Shown here piece after piece: positions 54,965-64,000 of a DNA stretch of 64,000 bases; within the stretch, counting starts at the first letter, position 1; each line of letters opens with the position of its first letter. The notes under the pieces were generated by a model that had not been told where the DNA came from, did not search any database, and worked only from the letters and a program-made list of their open reading frames with translations. Location: NCBI RefSeq assembly GCF_030144855.1, contig NC_082738.1, positions 43,772,001-43,836,000 of the forward strand, read 5' to 3'. Both the position numbers and the translations under genes were made by a program. Source of the stretch: Hypanus sabinus (lineage: Eukaryota).

Positions 54965-57628
54965 CTGTTTTAAAAAAAAAATTGTCTTACTGATTTTTTG
55001 TAATTGATTTTGATTTCACTATAAATTTCAATAAGCCACATAACTTATAGTTGACTAAATACATTTGGAAACGGAAAATAATGGACTAAAAGTTTTCACA
55101 AAGAATTCAACAACTTGCTGAGAATGGATTATCTTCAGGGTAGTGTTACTAAAGTTGTGAGCAGGACTTCAGTTTATTCAGATGATATAAAACTTTAGCA
55201 TTTCTTTAACTCCACCATGGGCAATTCCAAGCCCAGCTGCAAGAGGAGGTGGTTTGGGCATGGGACCTGCATCCCATAAAAACCCAGTGCTACAGAAGCT
55301 CCAAGAACCTTATCCCTGGGAGAGGAAGGATCTTCGATGGGCTACACAGGACAGAGGACTCTAGTGAGCTGCTGCTGATGACCTATTCCCCAGTAGAGGT
55401 GATAGGCTTAAGAACCAGCAGCATTTCCTTAATTCATACAAGACTTTATATTGTACTATTCCATCACACAAAATTAATTTGATCCCTGAATAAAGTCACT
55501 CAGCACTCCCTCAGAGATAGCTTCCAATTTTTCAATCCTGTGTCATCGCTCTGTAAATTAGTCTTTCACCAAACCCTCAGTATATCCTCTTGTCACCTGT
55601 CCAATTGACAAGTGCAATGTTCTCATTTTCAGACACCCACTGTAAATTAACTGTCTTGTTTTCTCAACCTTATGATTCCCATTAGACTCTGGCATCTTAT
55701 TTTTAAAATTTTCCTGTGCAGTTTAAAGTCACACCCAAGTCATTTCAATTCTGACCTTTGTAACCTGGTGCCCTTACACAGCCGTATTCCCCTCCACAAC
55801 AGACTTTACCCAATGCCAGCCATTTCTAAAAAAAAAGAACTGTACGAGCCTGAAAGTAGAAATTAAAACAGAAAATGCTGGAAATACTCAGGTCAGGCAG
55901 CATCAGTACAGACAGAAACTGTTATTATTTAAGGTCAAAGGCCCTTCATCAGTTTTTTGTGTCTCTATCATCTCACTTTATCTACCATTGTCATCAGTCA
56001 CTGGGCAATGGAAGCCTAGTACTACTTTTGGACCTAATGCCAAATTCCGATAACCAACAATTCCAGTTATTTTGTCGAATATTTTTGGCAGTTGTATTTT
56101 CCAGATTTTATTCATTTTCCTCCATCTACTTGTCTTCACTAATAACTTTACCAACCCCACTCATCCAGCTCCATCATTACTTTGTCGTTGAGTCTCTCCC
56201 TTTCCTATGATAACCAATTTCTCTATATCGTCTCCACATCTCCCACAGTTTTATCGGAGGAAGAAACCTTGCTTTATCTGAAAAGTTATTTTTTGGGATC
56301 AACACTAATTTTCTCCTCAAATGCTGCCTGAGTTGCTAAGCATTTAAACTATTTGCCTACAACTGCCTTAACTCCAGGCTCTTCCAATCCAACCATCTTC
56401 CTTTATGCCTCCATCACCCTTAATCTATCAGTGATGAACCTTTTCCTTATACCTCTGTGAAGACCCTTGGAATACTTTTGTGTTCATAAGTCTAATGCAT
56501 GACATTTATTTAGTATTTTTAAATAAAACTTACAACTTTGGGGCTGAGAAATACCTTTCTAAGATTAGGAGATTTGAAAGGGACAAATTTATGGATTAGC
56601 AGTTCCCTTTCTCACCTTCACTCACTGATCCCTCCTTCCTGCATTTTCCAAAACACTTTCACCAAAAGGTTTACTCCATCTTTACTATCCTCAAGTTTTT
56701 CCCATATTCAGCCAGCACTTCTTTGATCACTACTAGAACGCTTTGCACTTCCTAACTATAAGTGTGCCCTGACACAATAGCAAATAATTTGCCTATTCCT
56801 TGTAAGTCTCACTAATAGATCTTTAATCTCAGCCACCAGAGCAGAGCATACCAGAAGCCCTCAACACTTCAATTCTGCTCAAGTTTAATTCCTCCTCATT
56901 GGCATAAAGATAAAGAGCCAAAAGTGAACATGGATATCACCACTGAACTAATACCATCACCAACACAAAAGATGAAAACTGATCAAATCAAACTTTCTGT
57001 TGCACCGAAAAACATAGTGGCTTACCAATAACAGAGTACATTGTTTTTAAACCATGGTGCTCTGTATTAAGTTTGGGCAAGTTTACAGAAACATTTAGTC
57101 CATTGAATGTTTTGGGGTCTTAAAAGACGACAAATAACATTGGCTACAAGAGGAAGATATAAAAAAAATCCAATTAATTTTTCCCATAAACACACGACAT
57201 CTTATTGATTCTGGATTTTCACTTAGAACCAAAAAAAACTAGGTTACTTTAAATTAAAGTCAACAATAAATCCATCATTGAAATTAAGTAGTATCTTTTT
57301 TGACCATTGGACTCTTAACAGCTAAATAAGTATTCATTGAGATGCAGTCACTGGTTTAAAAAACAGAACAGAATCTGCACACAGCAAGATCTAAAACAAA
57401 ATAAACTAAAAATATCAGAAAAAATAGTTTATCAAGAGGTGGCGGAGGGTTGGCAACACTTAATTACTTACTGTCCATCAGAGTACGTCCATCCACCTGT
57501 GAGACCCCACTTATCATCACACCCAAAAACTGAATCTCAAACTGCAACCTTTTGAATGAGAAGGGTGTACTACCAATACAGCCATTAATGACAATAACAA
57601 AAACATTATATTTATTAGCATCTCATAC

Positions 57629-57755
57629 CTGTGAGTTCCTGAATCGTGACTTTATCCAAGACATTGAAGGATGTATCTAGCTTGAGAGGTTGACTGCAAC
57701 GCTGGCATACAAAGCTCACCTGCATAGTAGAACTCGATGTCTTTGACCCCTCCAT
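57629..57755 (-). CDS. BECN1: BECN1 exon 2 (first coding exon)
   Basis: [42 protein letters not shown]; acceptor tgtag|AA-ATG. Confidence 0.97.
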
Positions 57756-57799
57756 TTCTACAAAATGGGAAAACATGCAAAAAGATAACTGAGATACGA

Positions 57800-57972
57800 G
57801 GTGGCAAATGGTGGAAGCTAGATTAACAAATAAACCACTGGAGGGCTCAGTTGGTCGAGCAGCATCTGTGAGAGGAAAAGGATTAAAGGCCCTGGTGCAG
57901 GGTTTCGAGCTGAAACTTCTTCTCTCCCACAGATGCTGTTTGATCCACTGAGTTCTTCCAGATTGTTTGTTA
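57800..57972. repeat. Inverted Penelope-like terminal-repeat unit (hairpin) with decayed hammerhead in the loop
   Basis: Arms cagcatctgtgagag / ctctcccacagatgctg; loop ctggtgcagggtttcgagctgaaac. Confidence 0.6.
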
Positions 57973-59162
57973 CACAGTAAAGCAATAGAATTAGGTTCAT
58001 TACATTCATCCCTCACACAGCTCACGAGCAATTTGCCAGCATAAATTCTGTGACCAAATAACTTGGGTCAAAAAGTTCAATACAATTTATAAAAGCATAC
58101 ATCAAGACAAAGTATTCATCCATAAAACAGAAGGCAGCGGTGAAAGGCAAGCATATTTGGTAAACACTGGAGGGAATCAATACTAACTCAGTAACTGGAT
58201 CAGGGTGAGAGGGAAGCAGGTACATTTACCATTCTTCAGAATCAAGATTACAGACCTGAGTTCTTAAGCGATACAAAATTAATACTATGTTAAAAATTAA
58301 AGTGTTATTATCATAGATACAATTTGTAAGTTATCGTATTTCTAATAGTATTCTTTTTGTTGGATACACTGTACAAGGTCAATTTATAAGTACATTAGTT
58401 AAAAGAACAAATTGATGCCAAGGTGAGACAATAGAAGGCACATAGAGATTTCAAGGTCATTTGAGTCATACTGAGTAGATGAAGGCTAGACAATTGTGAG
58501 AAAAGCAAACAGAGGTAAGTTAAACTGCAAAGAAAAACAGAGTAAAACTCCTAATGGGAACTGGAGCCAGAACAAAAGGGCAACCCGAAACCAACTACCT
58601 TCCATTTAGAGATTCCTAACCATTCTCTCCCTCAAAACACCATCACAACCATCCACATCAGCATCTCACTATGCAACTATTATGAATGTCTGATGTTCAA
58701 TAAGGCTGGAGGAACTCAGCAGTACTTTGCTGATGTTCAGTAGTTCATGTTTTAAACAGATACTAACTCCCACACCCAGCCATGTCATTCTGGCTATTAA
58801 AAGTAGTTAGAGAGGAAACTACCTTGACTGATTTTTTTTTCCCCCCCAAGAAGTTAATGAGGGCCGACTACATAATAATCTCGTCTTCTTGTTTTAAAGC
58901 AGTATTTTGCTTAGGCTGGTATAAAATGCTTATGTAATCCAGAATTGGTTCAATGCAGGGAAAAATGCATTATGGTTGACTGAGATTTCTGTGATTGAAG
59001 AACGCTACCATGAGATTCAGTCCCTTTCTTTTGGCAATCTGTATTAATTATTTAGACTCAGAAGTTGAAGGATGGTAGTTTGCAAAAGTTATACAAACTA
59101 GCTGCACAGTTGACACCGAGTAGTAAAGATTTAGACAATGGAAAGATACAAATGTCTGGTCA

Positions 59163-59261
59163 ACAACACACACAAAATGCTGGTGGAACACAGCAGGCCA
59201 GGCAGCATCTAGAAGGAGAAGTACTGTCGACATTTCGGGCCGAGACCCTTCGTCAGGACAC
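59163..59261 (-). mobile_element. Short Penelope-like unit with hammerhead
   Basis: 11-bp TSD atgtctggtca (59152-59162/59262-59272); homologous to 1340-1467. Confidence 0.8.
59225..59260 (-). ncRNA. Minimal type I hammerhead ribozyme motif
   Basis: TGTC-CTGACGA-AGGGTCTCGGCCC-GAAA-TG-TC-GACA: stem I TGTC/GACA, conserved core, stem II GGG/CCC, GUC triplet. Confidence 0.7.
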
Positions 59262-59299
59262 ATGTCTGGTCAGTGGGGCAGAAAAATGGCAAATAGAAT

Positions 59300-60050
59300 C
59301 CAAAACAGAAAAGTCATGCATTTAGAATATGCATAATAAAGCAAGATAAATAGGATACTGAATGACAGGAAAAGAGGGACTTTAGATCGTCATAGGCAAC
59401 AGACCACATTGAAAAGAACTGCACATGGCATTCTACCTGTAGTCCAACCAATGTTTTATAAAGTTGTACCAGTAACAACCACTGCCCCCCAGCTCTCATA
59501 TTTTAAGCCCCAGATAATGAAGGCAAATATCACATTTCCCTTCATCACCAACCTGTCTACCACCGACAGAGGCCCCTTTGTTCTTCAAGGCCCTATAACT
59601 CATAGTGCTTAACCCTAGCTTTAATTACCCACAAAAAGGAATCTCTTTAGATTTGTCAGGATTAAATCCATCTGCCATGGCTCAGCCCAATTTACCAGCT
59701 GATCAATATCATTCCAGAACCTTCCTCACTATCTATCAGCTGCAGATTTATTAATCATAGTTTTTGCAGTCACAACGACAATATTAGCATATTAAAATAA
59801 ACAGGGGTCCCAGCACCAATACTATGGATACACTCTTGGTCACTGACTCGCAAATGCAAAAGCCACTCTTCCCAGTAACCCTCCCATTAGCAAGACAATT
59901 TTAATTAGTCTACTTAAATTCCTTGGAACCCACAAGCTCTAACCCAGTGTACCAGCTCCCCTGGGGACCTTGCCATGTATGCAATCATCTTGTCTCATGC
60001 AAAAATACTGACAATTTCAGATGCTACCACCAATTTTCCTTCACAATTAA
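59300..60050 (-). mobile_element. Degraded CR1 fragment in BECN1 intron 1
   Basis: QLYKTLVGLQVECHVQF remnant and a ctgggacc (SVLGP-type) motif at ~59805. Confidence 0.55.
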
Positions 60051-60492
60051 ACCATTACCTTTTTTTCTACCTATTTTTTGCAGAGTACTCAATACTCCGA
60101 CAGACCCTAACAATAACGGAGCATAGCAAATAAAACCATTACAGAATACGCAGAAAATGCCGAAGGACTCAGATCAGCGAGTATCAGTGGAAAGAGAAAT
60201 AACCACAGTTTCAGGTCAGCAGTCTTTCAAAGATCACTGACCTAAAACTTTATTTAGTTTGTTTTACAGATGCAGGCCCATTCAAATTGTCGTCATGATT
60301 TGCATTTTTGAGGCGCGATCGCAACGCACCGCTTTACTGTATAATTGTAAAAAAATACACAGATGAATTAAAGGAAAATAGAAGCAAGACACGCTTCCCC
60401 ACCCCCATCTCCACTGGCCAAGGATAACTTCCAGTATCAACAGGAAAAGAGACGTGCAGAAACAGAAACACACACACGCCTATCTAACCCAC

Positions 60493-60771
60493 CCTCCGCC
60501 CCAGATAAATGTAAAACAACTGCTGACCGTTCGGCCCAAACCCATCCCACGATGTTGCCCCAGAAGAACAAACTTTACCACTGAACATTCGATTTCCGTC
60601 TCCGGACTTTCTATCTCCTTTCCTTCCCCCCCCCCCCAACCCCCCTCAGGGCGGAAGTGACAACTTTGATACTTTTTCCGCTGCATGAGGATGACCAATG
60701 GCGTAATAGTGTTTGTGACGTCAGCCGCCCGCGCCACCCGCGCCCGCCGGCAGAATCGCGAAGTTTGCAAC
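60493..60771. promoter_or_regulatory. Bidirectional BECN1/PSME3 promoter and probable non-coding BECN1 exon 1
   Basis: CpG-rich; ETS CGGAAGT at 60652, CCAAT at 60695, CRE TGACGTCA at 60716, TCGCGA at 60756. Candidate - strand donors at 60492 (GG|gtggg) and 60578 (TG|gtaaag). Confidence 0.7.
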
Positions 60772-60813
60772 ATGTCGGGTCTCCTTAAGCTGGACAATGC
60801 GCTCAGGACCAAG
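60772..60813 (+). CDS. PSME3: Proteasome activator subunit 3 (PA28-gamma), coding exon 1; remainder not found in the window
   Basis: MSGLLKLDNALRTK|gtaacg, a 42-nt exon resembling human MASLLKVDQEVKLK; head-to-head with BECN1 as in other vertebrates. Confidence 0.85.
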
Positions 60814-63239
60814 GTAACGGCTTTAGGGCCCAAGATACTTGGCCCTTCCCCAGCACTGGCGACGTCCCGGGTACCGGCTGCTGGGCTGCCACCTGCAGGA
60901 GGCGAGTGGGGAGGGGTTACGCGGCCGCTGATGTGCCGTTGAGACCTCCCGCCTGGACCGGTACCACGCGTAACAGTTTTATTTTAAACGTTATTCTCGA
61001 GCGTTTGGTCGGCCAACGACCTGGCTGGCTCGACTTCCGCGAGCGAAAATTACAGCCCAGCCCGGTTCCCCTCCACCTACCTGGGTTACCATCAGAGAAT
61101 GGCAGCGCCCTGCCCTTTAAACCATCCGACATGTGCAAGTAGCGATTGAGGCCTCTGATTTGCGTAATGAAATTGCTCTAAAATTATTGGCAAATCGTTT
61201 GTTGTACTTATCCCGGCCAATCTGCTTACCGTCACCTAGTTCTTAGAATTGAATGGGGCACTTAGTGATCCAAAATTGTCCTAAATGTACCGAAACCTCA
61301 TTAGAATAGGACTTTACACATTTTCGCCCTTTCTCACTCGATCTCCCTACATACAGACTTCTTGAGACATTTCCTGTTCGTTACAAGTCATTCCCGTTTA
61401 ACATATGTTAAATAATTTCTGTAAATATTGAGCTAAGCTTCCAGGCTCAAAGGAACTGTAGTTTTGACTTGTTGAGACAGTCATACAATGGTTCGAATAC
61501 TAGTTGTTGGAAATACTGAGCAGGTCGGTTACCGTCTATTGAGAATGGAATAGCCTTGGGTGGACGATCACTAATCAGAACTGGAAATTTTAAAGATGTA
61601 AGGGAGTGGGGGAGGGGAGGAGGAAAAAGCTAAATCGGCGAATGGCAGTGAAGTCAGGAGTATTAATAGGCAGAAGGTGACAGTTCACCTTGAGTCAGGT
61701 ACCTGCTCATATTTATTTGAAATGTTAATTGCTTGAGTTTCCACAAAATTTTCCCTCTATTGGAATACAAAGGTTGATGTATGTTTTAGCAAATGAATTG
61801 AGCACACTATTGCAATAATTGTTGGCTCTGTTGCTTACTGATTTGGATGATATTGACAGTGCTGTGTGCTGAATAGAATAAATAGTTAAGTCCATCATCC
61901 CTATTGGGGCATAGGTAAACACCAGAAACTCGCCAGAGGTTCTGTCCTGGTCCAGTCTTTCAAGTCCAGGTGCAGCCCATCTATACTCTTCTAGGCAAAA
62001 ATCCTTCCTCTCCCAGGGATGAGGTCTTTGGAGCTTCCAGTGGTGTTTCTGGGAAGAGCTGCTCGCCCCAAGCCCAGCCCTCCTTTTGCAGTCAGGCTTG
62101 GGAAGGTCCATGGCAGAGTTAAAAAGAGTAAGTTAGGAATTGTTTGATACAAATGCTATAGGGAATATATGCAGGATAAATACAAAATGGTGCCTAATAA
62201 ATCCTGTTGTAAATTCACTAGGGCTTGGAATAAATAGCTTAAATTGAAGGGATTGTGGCAAGTATTTTGATCTATTAATGGAGTTATATGAGACTCATGG
62301 GTATGCTCTGGTTGGGATGAACTGCCTATCCCTATAATTGTAAATTTCATAGCTTTAATTATAGTTAACTGCTATTAGAGTCCACTACATATTCCAGAGT
62401 AATTTAAGTTTAATCTAGATGATTGATATGGATTGAACGTCCTTTTTTCTATGTTCTGGCACTCTGACTTGCACACAGTATCACTTGCACCTATTTCCAA
62501 ATGTAAGGGTTCAGTGACATCATAATATTTGTCAAGGTGCAGCATTATGATGGCATCTAGCATTACCCTCTCCATGACAACAAGCACAATCATGCAGTCA
62601 GGGTTTGTTTTCTGTGGAATTTCAGCAAAACAAAATCTTAACATGTGCAATAAGCCTACTTGTTTTCCTTTTAGAACATATAAATCTATAGCACATTACA
62701 GACCCTTTGGCCCACAGTGTTGTGCCAGCCATGTAACCTACTCTAGCAACTGCCTAGACAAATAAATCAAGTATAGAGAGATCTAAGGCTTCTTTTAGAT
62801 CAATCACAAGCAGGTGCACCAAATGGCTAGGAAGACAAATGATATTTTATTGCAAGGGACTTGGAATTTAGAAACGGAAGCATTATTACAGTGTTAGACC
62901 ACATCTGGAATACTTTGCAAAATTTTTAGTCCTTTACAAAGGATTTCTATGGGCCTATTTTCTGGAAGGATAGGGTTGACCTATTATGAGAGGCTAAAGA
63001 AATTGAATCTTATTCCTTGAGTTGAGAAGAATGTGGGATGATCTTATTGAAACACAAGATGCTAAGGGTACATGTTGAAATGCAGTTGGAGAGTTTTAAG
63101 TAAGGGGTCATATTTACAAGGTTAGGGGACAGTCATTTAAGACCAATATCATCTTACAGAGGATGGCGAATTTCTGAAATCCTCCACTCTGGTGGGTGGT
63201 GGAGGTAAAATAACTGGAGATATTTAAAGAGGACCAATC

Positions 63240-63668
63240 ACGAACAAGAAAAAATATGCAGATACTGGAAATTCCGGTAATGCCACCCACCATTCCCCAT
63301 TCCCATTTCCCTCTCTCACTTTATCTCCTTACCTGCCAGTTACCTCCCTCTGATGCTCCTCCCCCCCCCCCCCCCCCCCCATCCTTCCATGGTCTTCTAC
63401 GCTCTTATCAGATTCCTAATTCTCCAGTCCTTTATCTCTTTCACCTCTCAACTTCTCGGCTCTTTACTCCACCCCTCCCCCTCTCCCCGTTTCACCTATC
63501 ACCTACTACTTTGTATTTCTTCCTTCCCTCCTTGCCCCCCAACTTCTTTTCCTGACTTCTCATCCTTTTCTCCAGTCCTGATGAAGGATCATGGCCTGAA
63601 ATGTCGACTGTTTACTCTTTTTCATAGATGCTGCCCAACCTGCTGAGCTCCTCCAGCATTTTGTTTGT
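63240..63668 (+). mobile_element. Penelope-like element 3' end with short inverted 5' piece
   Basis: Pyrimidine-rich tract, hammerhead and ...agatgctgc..ccagcattttg tail shared with the other copies. Confidence 0.7.
63573..63610 (+). ncRNA. Minimal type I hammerhead ribozyme motif
   Basis: CAGTC-CTGATGA-AGGATCATGGCCT-GAAA-TG-TC-GACTG: 5-bp stem I, conserved core, stem II AGG/CCT, GUC triplet. Confidence 0.7.
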
Positions 63669-64000
63669 GGATAGTTAAAGAGAAGCTAGATAAGTTTTTG
63701 AAAGCTCTAGCAATTGACTGTTTAAGGGAACTGGCACAATCGCAGGATACTGATAATGATACTGTGAGGTATTGATTGGTTGATAAGATGAGCAGAGCAA
63801 AGCCAAATGGATTTTTATCCAGATTGGTGCAAGATAAATGCACAAGAAATCTAGAGGGATTGAGAAAGAACTTTTATCAGCCAGCTGGTGGTCAAAATCT
63901 TGAATGTGCTGCCTCGTTGTGTGCTAGAGGCATGTTGAGATGTTCTCGACAAGCACTTGAATTACCAAGGAATGGGTGACAGACAGACAGGATAGTATTG

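Noticed and set aside
57615-58031. 138-aa ORF suggesting an N-terminally extended Beclin-1
   Set aside because: It starts at a non-ATG codon and runs through a repeat-derived hairpin and a clear splice acceptor 2 nt before the true ATG.

Overview
Repeat-rich vertebrate genomic DNA. It is probably a cartilaginous fish, inferred only from repeat content (V-domain SINEs, CR1, Penelope-like repeats) and protein divergence. It carries the conserved CNTD1-BECN1-PSME3 cluster. CNTD1 (+) has 7 coding exons (17552-24654, 309 aa) and one GC-AG intron. BECN1 (-) has 11 coding exons (57755-30982, 448 aa). The first coding exon of PSME3 (+, 60772-60813) lies head-to-head with BECN1 across a CpG-rich promoter. 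The first 10.3 kb is a decayed Gypsy LTR retrotransposon carrying nested insertions: two solo LTRs, an L1/Tx1 LINE, a Penelope-type hammerhead unit and a fold-back Gypsy fragment with a 29-bp duplication. BECN1 intron 6 holds a full-length L1 nested in a solo LTR. The most interesting signals are (i) dispersed TSD-flanked units carrying minimal hammerhead ribozyme motifs, (ii) the fold-back Gypsy insertion, which looks like a fossil self-primed reverse-transcription intermediate, and (iii) a Tigger/MER2-like element resembling the mammalian family. All calls were made by eye; homology statements rest on remembered sequences, not database searches.
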